Sequence record: OQ718158.1
Reading direction: 5' to 3' (one strand)
Length of the DNA stretch: 64,000 bases
Made by a program: the position numbers and the translations under genes. The notes under the pieces were generated by a model. That model saw nothing but the letters and a program-made list of their open reading frames with translations. It made no database searches and was not told the origin of the DNA. Positions 29,911 to 38,096 of the stretch are shown here, in pieces; position 1 is the first letter of the stretch, and every line of letters starts with the position of its first letter.

Positions 29911-30557
29911 TGAAAAATGTATCACAAGAAAAGATTCTGTACCTTGCAAAGTACAATGGTGGATTTAATATTACCAGTTGTGAATATCATGGTAACATGG
30001 CTAAAATGATTGACGAGCTACTAGAAGGTAAAATGCTCCGTTGGGAGACAAATGACCTTTGGTACGAATATGCGGGTCAACAATGGGAAAGTGACTACGA
30101 TAATGCAATTCATACGTATACAATTACTAAAAGTGGTGAAGTACGTTTGGCTATCATGCGTTGTGCTTACACTTACAAAAATTTCAAAGATGAAGAAAAG
30201 CATATTCGCCGAAATGAAGAGTTAGTACACCTAATGGGTGAAGCTGGCATTACAATGCATGACTTGTTCAATGAACCAAGATGGACTGGGAATCTGACCA
30301 AAGCAGAATACAAAGCATTGCGATACATCCAAGTACCAGAAATCAACAAACCAAAAGAATGTATTGATGATGGTGAACTAAGCCTCAAAAATGTATTTGA
30401 AAGTACCAGTACTGAAAGTATTGCTGATCTTTCAGTTCAGATGGCTATCAAAGCTATGGAACTATTCAAAACACAATATGAAGGACACAGTGCTGAAGAA
30501 GTAGAGCGTGAGTTCATTACGCGAGTACAAATTGCATTACATAAATCAAAAAAGTAG
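29910..30557 (+). CDS. hypothetical protein
   Basis: TAATG overlap. Confidence 0.75.
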   Translation: MKNVSQEKILYLAKYNGGFNITSCEYHGNMAKMIDELLEGKMLRWETNDLWYEYAGQQWESDYDNAIHTYTITKSGEVRLAIMRCAYTYKNFKDEEKHIRRNEELVHLMGEAGITMHDLFNEPRWTGNLTKAEYKALRYIQVPEINKPKECIDDGELSLKNVFESTSTESIADLSVQMAIKAMELFKTQYEGHSAEEVEREFITRVQIALHKSKK

Positions 30558-30563
30558 GTTCAT

Positions 30564-30743
30564 ATGAAAATTTTACTTGTACTAATCGCCGTTCTTATGG
30601 TATTATCTTGTTCAGTTAGTAATGGTTCATACATTTACGTATCAGTATTTGAAGAAGCACCAACGAACTGTGTATTAACTCACACTGGTATTGTGTTAGT
30701 TAATGGTAAACCATCAATCGAGTACTTATGTATAGGTGATTAA
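30564..30743 (+). CDS. small putative lipoprotein (59 aa, not in track)
   Basis: MKILLVLIAVLMVLSC signal with lipobox-like Cys. Confidence 0.6.
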   Translation: MKILLVLIAVLMVLSCSVSNGSYIYVSVFEEAPTNCVLTHTGIVLVNGKPSIEYLCIGD

Positions 30744-30746
30744 ATT

Positions 30747-30980
30747 ATGAAATTTATTTCTATTGCAATTGTTTCAGCACTCATGATGTTAGTAACAGGC
30801 TGTGCATCTAAAGTTCAGGAGGCTGATGCAGAGTTCATTCGCCAGAATTTGACTAAACTTAACTACGATGGCACATTGTATGCTTGCCATGAGATGCGTC
30901 ATGGGCAAGATCTTAATCTCATGTGCAGGAAGATTGTGAATCGCAAACGTCTTAATACTGTTCCGAAGGATGCACAATGA
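30747..30980 (+). CDS. small lipoprotein
   Basis: MKFISIAIVSALMMLVTGC lipobox. Confidence 0.75.
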   Translation: MKFISIAIVSALMMLVTGCASKVQEADAEFIRQNLTKLNYDGTLYACHEMRHGQDLNLMCRKIVNRKRLNTVPKDAQ

Positions 30981-31147
30981 AAGAAGTAATTGGTTACAAA
31001 TGTAAAAATTGTGGCAAAGATAAGGGTAAGCATTCAGTACAAGGGATGGCTTGTCCGAATCCAGGACGTGGTAATTTCAGAGGGTTCAGTACTGAAAAGT
31101 CTTACGAACTGGATCATACCAAACCTGTAATGGGTTATAAATTATGA
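30977..31147 (+). CDS. 56-aa Cys/His-containing protein (not in track)
   Basis: CKNCG...H...C; ATGA overlaps at both ends. Confidence 0.6.
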   Translation: MKEVIGYKCKNCGKDKGKHSVQGMACPNPGRGNFRGFSTEKSYELDHTKPVMGYKL

Positions 31148-31503
31148 GTGATTATGTGGCATTTCTTCATCGCTTTGGTGAAGCTCAAGAAAAACACATT
31201 ATCCGTATGCCAGCTTATGGTGAAGAAGACTGGTACAAAAGTACTATCAGTGTAGGTGCATTTCGTGACCGTGAAGCTGAATTCTTTCTGGGTAAGCAAC
31301 ATGAACGAGAGGTACTTTGCTCACTTTGGCGTTTAGATGAATGGGATAGTGAAAATTCAAGAACGGCTAAATCAATGATGACTATTGTTGGTATTGCGAA
31401 CTATCAGCACCCATATGATCTATTACCTACATTTGAACATGCTTCTTTGTTTGACTTTTACAAAGCAGTAGGGTATGATTATAAAAAGAAACGTTACATT
31501 TAA
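31144..31503 (+). CDS. hypothetical protein
   Basis: ATGA overlap. Confidence 0.7.
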   Translation: MSDYVAFLHRFGEAQEKHIIRMPAYGEEDWYKSTISVGAFRDREAEFFLGKQHEREVLCSLWRLDEWDSENSRTAKSMMTIVGIANYQHPYDLLPTFEHASLFDFYKAVGYDYKKKRYI

Positions 31504-31548
31504 TATCAGTACTGTTATAGTGGCAGTACTTTTTAATTGGAGATTACT

Positions 31549-32163
31549 ATGACTACATCTGAAAAGTACTGGTGGATTATGGGCCATCCTAAATTCATCA
31601 ACGGAGATATGGTTCCCCCAAGGATTGATATCGAACCACATGATGTGTGTCCAATCACAAACCGCATTGAATCATTTAAAGCTCTGAATACAAAGACACA
31701 ATTTTGGGTAGAATTCATCTCACCTATGTACGTTGAGCAAGATGATGAATGGGTACAAGCACATGATTATGAGTTAGATTGCGGTGGTGATACTTATGAT
31801 GAGGCAATTGATGAACTATACAAAAATGTGCTAAACACTTATGGTGATTACACCCAACAAGAAGCAGACGATACGTTTAATAAGATCCATGCAGTCATTC
31901 CTACATCATCAATTTACAATTCAGCAAAAACAGTTTGGGAAGAACGTCACGGGTGGAGTTCATCTGTAATTGATGCAGAAGCCAAAGAAACAATTCTCGA
32001 AGACATAAAAAATATAAAAAGTACAATAGAAGCCTTGCGTGAATTTATAAAGTCTTGTACAATAGAACAACAGAAAGAGGCAAAGATGCATTTGGAGAGT
32101 GAAGAATGTAAACTTTGGGTTCTAGAGAAATCATTTGAAAAGGGTATAGACTTAGACTTATGA
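31549..32163 (+). CDS. hypothetical protein
   Basis: GGAG RBS, ATG 31549. Confidence 0.75.
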   Translation: MTTSEKYWWIMGHPKFINGDMVPPRIDIEPHDVCPITNRIESFKALNTKTQFWVEFISPMYVEQDDEWVQAHDYELDCGGDTYDEAIDELYKNVLNTYGDYTQQEADDTFNKIHAVIPTSSIYNSAKTVWEERHGWSSSVIDAEAKETILEDIKNIKSTIEALREFIKSCTIEQQKEAKMHLESEECKLWVLEKSFEKGIDLDL

Positions 32164-32528
32164 ATCGTAAACTTGAGAAACTAATTGAAGAACTACGCCG
32201 GATGCCACCCATCGAGCAAGTGGGGAGCTACAAACGTTATCGTGTGATTGCTCGTGCACTAGATAAGAAAGGTCGTGTATTGGCAACACGTACTAATTCT
32301 TACACACATACTCACCCAGTACAGAAAGGTTTTGCAATCCGTGCTGGGCGTCCACAAGGTGAATTTCTTCATGCTGAAATCTCATGTTTGCTGGCTTCTC
32401 GTGCTGAAGTTCATACTTTGTTGATTGCACGGGTAAGTAAAGATGGTATTCCAGTCCCTGCCAAGCCTTGTGAGATTTGTACGTTGGCAATTCTGGAATA
32501 TGGGGTAAAAGAAATTATTCACACATGA
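32160..32528 (+). CDS. zinc-dependent cytidine/dCMP deaminase-fold protein
   Basis: LHAEISCL and KPCEIC. Confidence 0.8.
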   Translation: MNRKLEKLIEELRRMPPIEQVGSYKRYRVIARALDKKGRVLATRTNSYTHTHPVQKGFAIRAGRPQGEFLHAEISCLLASRAEVHTLLIARVSKDGIPVPAKPCEICTLAILEYGVKEIIHT

Positions 32529-32746
32529 AGAAAATTGAACGCTACCAAAACCATACAGTTGTGACTGAAGATGATATATTTTATTATTATATTTTCAGAC
32601 CCACACACTGTTTACAAATAACGACATATGAGAATGGTAAATTCAAAGATGTCAACTTCCATATAACAGATTTAGCAAAATATTCCAGTACTGAATACTT
32701 TAGTAATTTAGTATTTGTGTACTGTATACCACATCATAACATTTAA
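32525..32746 (+). CDS. hypothetical protein
   Basis: ATGA overlap, ATG 32525. Confidence 0.55.
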   Translation: MKKIERYQNHTVVTEDDIFYYYIFRPTHCLQITTYENGKFKDVNFHITDLAKYSSTEYFSNLVFVYCIPHHNI

Positions 32747-32756
32747 GGAGTCAACT

Positions 32757-33116
32757 ATGGCTAAAACTATTTCTTTAAAAAATGAAAATGTAGGACAACG
32801 CAAAGATGGGTTCTTTGGATTCTCATGGACAACATTGTTCTTTGGTCCGTTCCCTGCATTGTTTCGTGGTGACTTTATTACGTTCATCGGTGCATTTGTA
32901 ATTTACTTCATCCTCAACGCAGTGTCTTTTTGGATTGTGGGTACAGTTGCAATGGTCGTGTGGGCATTTCTTTATAATAAGTACTACACTGTGAATCTCA
33001 TCAAGAATGGGTATAAATTCAATGGTACACATGAAGAAAATGCTGAAGCTGCAATGGCGTTACAAATTGATCTAAACAAAAACAATACTGTAGATAAAAA
33101 CAAAGAACCAGAATAA
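32757..33116 (+). CDS. small membrane protein (HrgC/DUF2628-like)
   Basis: AAGGAG RBS; GFSWTTLFFGPFPALFRGDF and TM helices. Confidence 0.7.
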   Translation: MAKTISLKNENVGQRKDGFFGFSWTTLFFGPFPALFRGDFITFIGAFVIYFILNAVSFWIVGTVAMVVWAFLYNKYYTVNLIKNGYKFNGTHEENAEAAMALQIDLNKNNTVDKNKEPE

Positions 33117-33335
33117 ATGGATCAATATGAGATAACTTACGATTATTATGGTAAGGCTTATATGAAGTGTGGTCGTTTTATTGAACTATCGAATAGAGAA
33201 GCAATCGACCCACAAACCATTATATCCATCCATAACTCGTACTATAAAAAAATTACCATAGCTAATTTTGCAACATACGTAGATAATCCTATATTTCCGT
33301 ATATTATTCAGTTCTATTGTAGAGCTATAAAATAA
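33117..33335 (+). CDS. hypothetical protein
   Basis: Abuts upstream gene. Confidence 0.55.
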   Translation: MDQYEITYDYYGKAYMKCGRFIELSNREAIDPQTIISIHNSYYKKITIANFATYVDNPIFPYIIQFYCRAIK

Positions 33336-33346
33336 GGTAAAACGAA

Positions 33347-33757
33347 ATGTTAGCCGATGATTTTATGTCTCTAAGTATCAAGATATTTGATATATTAGGT
33401 GATGAAATAGATTTCCATCTAAATGATAAAACTATACCACACGAAGATGGTGGGTATTTTTTCGCATTTGGTAATAAGTTCAATGTTGATTTTTCAATTC
33501 CGGTTCCTGATGGAAGTGATTATGCAGCATCAACATATTTTGAATTTCAGTTCAGTGGTCATACCGAGCGTTTACTAACATATAGACGTAAAGGAAATTT
33601 CAGTAGGCCAGAGATTATATTAATGGATTTTGAAAAACGCATAGAACTTGCCAAGAATAATCCATTCATCAGTACTTATGCGTTAAACCAATTCATTGAT
33701 CTATTTGATGGATATCCAGACAGAATACGAGGGTCGTTACGTATAAATGCAGAATGA
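33347..33757 (+). CDS. hypothetical protein
   Basis: AAGG RBS. Confidence 0.65.
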   Translation: MLADDFMSLSIKIFDILGDEIDFHLNDKTIPHEDGGYFFAFGNKFNVDFSIPVPDGSDYAASTYFEFQFSGHTERLLTYRRKGNFSRPEIILMDFEKRIELAKNNPFISTYALNQFIDLFDGYPDRIRGSLRINAE

Positions 33758-33932
33758 AATCTTTAAAAAAGAATACGATGGTGAAAGTCTCTATGATATT
33801 CAGCGAGACGTACATGAAGCATTCGATTCAAGATTTAACCCATTAGCTGGACAAATCCCACAAGATGAGTTTGGTTTCCAAGAAGGCACATTTACAGTGA
33901 CTATTACATGGAGTCCAGATGAGACTAGCTAA
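33747..33932 (+). CDS. small conserved phage protein
   Basis: Acidic 61-aa ORF. Confidence 0.65.
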   Translation: MQNEIFKKEYDGESLYDIQRDVHEAFDSRFNPLAGQIPQDEFGFQEGTFTVTITWSPDETS

Positions 33933-34035
33933 ACTTGTAATCGGATGCAGTGCAATTGCTGCATATATGTTTTTTGCCGCTCCAACCAATGTAGTACTGC
34001 TAATTTGGGCAGTTTTTATATTAGCAGTACTTTAA
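33919..34035 (+). CDS. 38-aa membrane peptide (not in track)
   Basis: GGAG RBS; hydrophobic; followed by terminator. Confidence 0.5.
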   Translation: MRLAKLVIGCSAIAAYMFFAAPTNVVLLIWAVFILAVL

Positions 34036-34057
34036 AGCACCCTAGTGGTGCTTTTTC
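34034..34057 (+). terminator. intrinsic terminator
   Basis: AAAGCACC-ctagt-GGTGCTTT + TT. Confidence 0.8.
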
Positions 34058-34194
34058 TATTTGTACAAATATAAAGCAATGTGACCTTTCCTTGATATAG
34101 GTCAAGAGAAATACCCTGTTCTGACGCTATAATGGTGTCTGGTGATGTTAAATAACTTCACCCCCAGATGATTTCAAAATACAAGGAAAGTAAA

Positions 34195-36000
34195 ATGCAA
34201 TTAGATAAATTATATACTGACGTAACAAATTTCCTAAATCAGAGCAATACTGATCTTACAAATGAAAATGCAAACAAAGATGCGAAATGCGTCAATACAC
34301 ACAGGGATTTACTTGCTGGTATCCTATCTAAGCATTATTCACAAGATGTTATTCCAAAGGAGCTAATGCAGTGGCATAATGATGGTTATGGTCACATTCA
34401 TGATTTAGACTACTATATCAGCCCATTAACTAACTGCTGCTTGGTTAACTACCCAGATATGCTAAAAAATGGATTTACCATTGGTTGTGCAAAAATTGAA
34501 GAACCAAAGAGTTTTAGTGTAGCATGTACAGTACTGACACAAATTGTACAAGCTGTTGCTAGTTCCCAGTACGGTGGTCAATCGTTGGCTCATATCGACG
34601 TGGGTCTTGAACCTTACGTCCAAAAGTCGTGGGATAAGCTATTAGCGAAGCAAAAGGCATATAATCTCAGTACTGAATACATTGAGGAAGAATTACGAAA
34701 AGAAGTCTATGATGGGTGTCAAACCTTACTTTACCAGACAAATTCAATGATTAGTACAAATGGTCAAGCAGCATTCATTTCTCTTAGTTTGGGACTGAAT
34801 ACTTCAAAATTTGGTAAATTAATCACTGAACAGTACTTAAAAGTACATGAGAATGGTTTAGGTAAAGATAAGATTACTCCTGTGTTTCCTAAAGTAATTT
34901 TCTTTTTACAGGACGGAATCAACATGAATAGCGATGATTGCAACTATGACATGAAACAGTTGGCAATGCGTTGTGCATCGAAGAGAATCTACCCAGACTT
35001 CGTTTCTGTGCCGTTAAATCACAAAGTTACAGGAAGTGGCAGTACAGCAGTAACTCCGATGGGTTGTCGTTCATTTTTAGGAAAATGGGAAGATTCCAAT
35101 GGAAATGAGCAATATAACGGTCGTTTCAACTTAGGCGTAGTTTCTATCAATTTACCTCTAATTGCTCTTGAAAGTGCCTCAGATGGAGAGTTTTTTGATA
35201 AAATAGACGAGCATATGAATATTGCATATCGTGCTCAGATGAACCGTGTAGAGCGTTTAAAAGGCACAAAAGCGAAGCAGAATCCGATTTTGTTCATGGA
35301 AGGTGCACTTTCACGTTTAGGGGCAGAAGAAACGATTGACAAGCTATTTTATAACGGATATGCTAGTATTAGTATTGGTTACGTTGGTTTAGTTGAATGT
35401 TCAGAAATTCTGACTGGTTCTATCAGTAAGGAGTTCTGCATGTCAGTACTGAATTATATGAAAGTAAAATGCGATGAGTTCAAAAAAGAGAGTAATATAG
35501 CTTTTAGTCTATATGGAACCCCAGCAGAGTCACTTTGCTACAAATTTGCACGTTGCATCGAATCTAAATACCCTTCAGTACTAAAACGTGATTACATCAC
35601 AAATTCCTTCCACCAACCAGTATGGGTAGCAAGTTCACCATTTGATAAGTGGAGTTACGAAGAGGGTTTTGCTTACCTCAGTAATGGTGGAAACATCAGT
35701 TATGTTGAATCACCCAACCTAAGTAACAATATTCAAGCACTTGAGACTTTAGTCAATTACGCTTACACAAAGATCCCATATTTTGGTATCAACCAGCCAA
35801 TTGACCAGTGTTACGAGTGTGGGTATAAAGGTGAGTTCAGTGTAGATAAACACGGTTTTCATTGTCCAGTATGTGATAATCGCAATGAGAAGACAATCTC
35901 AGTGATTCGTCGTGTTTCTGGATATTTGGGGAACCCATCGTCTCGTGGATTCAACAAAGGCAAACAACAAGAATGTTGTGAGCGTATACAACACAAATAA
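34195..36000 (+). CDS. nrdD: anaerobic (class III) ribonucleotide reductase, T4-like
   Basis: NENANKD, HIHDLDY, TNCC, PMGCRS, TPAESLC, CYEC/CPVC, RRVSGYL glycyl-radical motif; start ATG 34195. Confidence 0.96.
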   Translation: MQLDKLYTDVTNFLNQSNTDLTNENANKDAKCVNTHRDLLAGILSKHYSQDVIPKELMQWHNDGYGHIHDLDYYISPLTNCCLVNYPDMLKNGFTIGCAKIEEPKSFSVACTVLTQIVQAVASSQYGGQSLAHIDVGLEPYVQKSWDKLLAKQKAYNLSTEYIEEELRKEVYDGCQTLLYQTNSMISTNGQAAFISLSLGLNTSKFGKLITEQYLKVHENGLGKDKITPVFPKVIFFLQDGINMNSDDCNYDMKQLAMRCASKRIYPDFVSVPLNHKVTGSGSTAVTPMGCRSFLGKWEDSNGNEQYNGRFNLGVVSINLPLIALESASDGEFFDKIDEHMNIAYRAQMNRVERLKGTKAKQNPILFMEGALSRLGAEETIDKLFYNGYASISIGYVGLVECSEILTGSISKEFCMSVLNYMKVKCDEFKKESNIAFSLYGTPAESLCYKFARCIESKYPSVLKRDYITNSFHQPVWVASSPFDKWSYEEGFAYLSNGGNISYVESPNLSNNIQALETLVNYAYTKIPYFGINQPIDQCYECGYKGEFSVDKHGFHCPVCDNRNEKTISVIRRVSGYLGNPSSRGFNKGKQQECCERIQHK

Positions 36001-36008
36001 GGTACATT

Positions 36009-36335
36009 ATGGATTTAAAGCCAATTGTGGTTAACAAATATAAAGAACCGTATGATGTGTATATCGGGCGTGGGTCTAAATGGGGAAACCCATTTACCCA
36101 TATCAGTGATAAACAGACCAAAGCCGAGTTCATTGTTGCTACAAGGGAAGAATCAATCGAAAAGTTCAGAGAATACATTATTGAGCGTATTTCTAATGGA
36201 GAAGTTAAGATTGATGATTTACTTGAGTTAGCAGGGAAACGTCTTGGCTGTTTCTGTAAACCGAAATCATGTCATGGTGATGTTCTCGTTGAGATAGTGA
36301 GTGCAATATTAGATGAATTACCAGACGATAATTAA
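36009..36335 (+). CDS. DUF4326-family protein
   Basis: YDVYIGRGSKWGNPF...LGCFCKPKSCHGDVL. Confidence 0.8.
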   Translation: MDLKPIVVNKYKEPYDVYIGRGSKWGNPFTHISDKQTKAEFIVATREESIEKFREYIIERISNGEVKIDDLLELAGKRLGCFCKPKSCHGDVLVEIVSAILDELPDDN

Positions 36336-36783
36336 AGACGACCTTATTAATGGGGAGGGAGTAAGATGCTCCCTTTTTGTTAGTGGGTGCAGTCATGGAT
36401 GTGACGGATGCTTCAACGAAGAGGCATGGGATTATAGAAGTGGGCAAGAGTTCAGTACTGATACAATTGATACAATTTTAGCTGAACTCAGCAAACCGTA
36501 CATTAGTGGGTTATCACTCCTTGGTGGAGATCCTCTAATGAAAAAGAACATCGAAACAATTTTAGAGCTATGTAAAATTGTAAAAGAGACTTATCCCAAT
36601 AAAACTATTTGGTGCTGGAGTGGATATACTTTAGAAGAGATTATGGATAATCATGCTAAAGACATTCTTCAGTACTTAGATGTATTAGTTGATGGTAAAT
36701 TTGTTTCAGAAGAAAAGAATTTAACATTACCATTTCGTGGTTCAAATAACCAACGTATACTTTATAAAAATAAAAATTTTTAA
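36313..36783 (+). CDS. nrdG: NrdD activase (radical SAM)
   Basis: NGEGVRCSLFVSGCSHGCDGCFN, GGDPL, FRGSNNQR. Confidence 0.95.
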   Translation: MNYQTIIKDDLINGEGVRCSLFVSGCSHGCDGCFNEEAWDYRSGQEFSTDTIDTILAELSKPYISGLSLLGGDPLMKKNIETILELCKIVKETYPNKTIWCWSGYTLEEIMDNHAKDILQYLDVLVDGKFVSEEKNLTLPFRGSNNQRILYKNKNF

Positions 36784-36811
36784 CAAAAAAGCACCCAAAT
36801 GGGTGCTTTGT
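36783..36811. terminator. bidirectional terminator between convergent genes
   Basis: AAAGCACCC-aaat-GGGTGCTTT. Confidence 0.8.
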
Positions 36812-37984
36812 CTATTTTGGTGTTTGTAACGTTACAAACGAACCAGTTAATGTATCAGAAGTTGGGTTTATACCAGTATACATAACACCATTACTTATTA
36901 CTATTGCAGTAAGGTTGTAAGACATTGAAATGAAATCATCAGAATCAGTTAGTGAATTTGGAATTAAACTAAATGTAAGTGTTGGATTTGGATTGGAACC
37001 CAAACGAGTTGTATAGTTTCCACCAGTTCCATATAAACCATCTGATTTTTTTATACCTATACCAAAATATCCTTCTGAATATACTGGATACAATTTATAA
37101 TCAGTTCCCATATCAAATGCAATCAAAGTTGGGTTTACAACGTTTCCTGATGCAGAAACACCATTACCCAAGTTACCAGCTATTCGGTTACCACATACCC
37201 ACATTTCATCAACCGATGTTGTAGTATTACGTAATACCATATATGTACCATAGTAAGAAACCATAATATCCGAAACGGTGTATGATGCTTTTGTATATTC
37301 TGTGAACGTTGTTAAGGCAGTTGTGTTACCCGTTCCAAGCTGCCCATTATTATTGATACCACATCGAAAAAGTGTATTATTATTTTTTAATATCCAAGTT
37401 CCATTATCAGCAGCTATACATATTTTTTTAACATCAGTACTAATTAATGTGAATTTAGTTACTGCTGATGTGTTTCCAGTTCCTAATGTACCATTAGCAT
37501 TTCTACCCATTCCGTAAGCTGAACCATCATTGAAATGTATAATTATATTATCCACCCAAACATGTATATCTTTTATATTATTGAGTTGTTCTTCTGTAAA
37601 TACACTAGAAAAGTAACTAGTTCTATCTACATAAACATTCGAGAATGATGACACACCCCCAAATGCATAAGTCGTGGTTGAGCATGATAAAAATTCATCA
37701 GTTTTCGTTTGTAATAATATAAATCGTCCAAAGGAACACCAAGCGTTTTTAACATTACTTCGGATAAGGGTCCAGGTAGTACGGTTAGTGCTTACATCAC
37801 CATCACCAAAAATATAATTTGAACCAGCACCACTACCACCACCACCACCAATTCCCCATAACTCACCATTATCATATAATATTATGATAGCAGAATAGTT
37901 GCTCGTTGTTGGTGTTAGTATTTTAGATATATTTGGTGTTGGAGCACGATTTCCGTACTTCACCATTCTTGCAAATGGAAGCAT
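36812..37984 (-). CDS. RCC1/BLIP-II-like beta-propeller repeat protein
   Basis: Start MLPFARMVKYGN (ATG 37984); repeated G-x-N-x-x-G-x-L-G-x-G units; only credible minus-strand gene. Confidence 0.75.
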   Translation of the reverse strand: MLPFARMVKYGNRAPTPNISKILTPTTSNYSAIIILYDNGELWGIGGGGGSGAGSNYIFGDGDVSTNRTTWTLIRSNVKNAWCSFGRFILLQTKTDEFLSCSTTTYAFGGVSSFSNVYVDRTSYFSSVFTEEQLNNIKDIHVWVDNIIIHFNDGSAYGMGRNANGTLGTGNTSAVTKFTLISTDVKKICIAADNGTWILKNNNTLFRCGINNNGQLGTGNTTALTTFTEYTKASYTVSDIMVSYYGTYMVLRNTTTSVDEMWVCGNRIAGNLGNGVSASGNVVNPTLIAFDMGTDYKLYPVYSEGYFGIGIKKSDGLYGTGGNYTTRLGSNPNPTLTFSLIPNSLTDSDDFISMSYNLTAIVISNGVMYTGINPTSDTLTGSFVTLQTPK

Positions 37985-38057
37985 TTTAAGTCTCCTTATC
38001 ATTATTATATAGTATATTTATGCAACTTTCCTTTAGTTCGCTTTTAGTAACCTCTAA

Positions 38058-38063
38058 TAAATA
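38058..38063 (+). promoter_or_regulatory. candidate T4-type late promoter (TAAATA)
   Basis: Upstream of a putative structural gene block. Confidence 0.4.
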
Positions 38064-38096
38064 CAGTAACTAATATCTAAATTACAAGGGATATGT

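Noticed and set aside
34082-34168. NrdR box or riboswitch upstream of nrdD
   Set aside because: Two short hairpins and a TATAAT are present, but there is no NrdR consensus or known riboswitch core.
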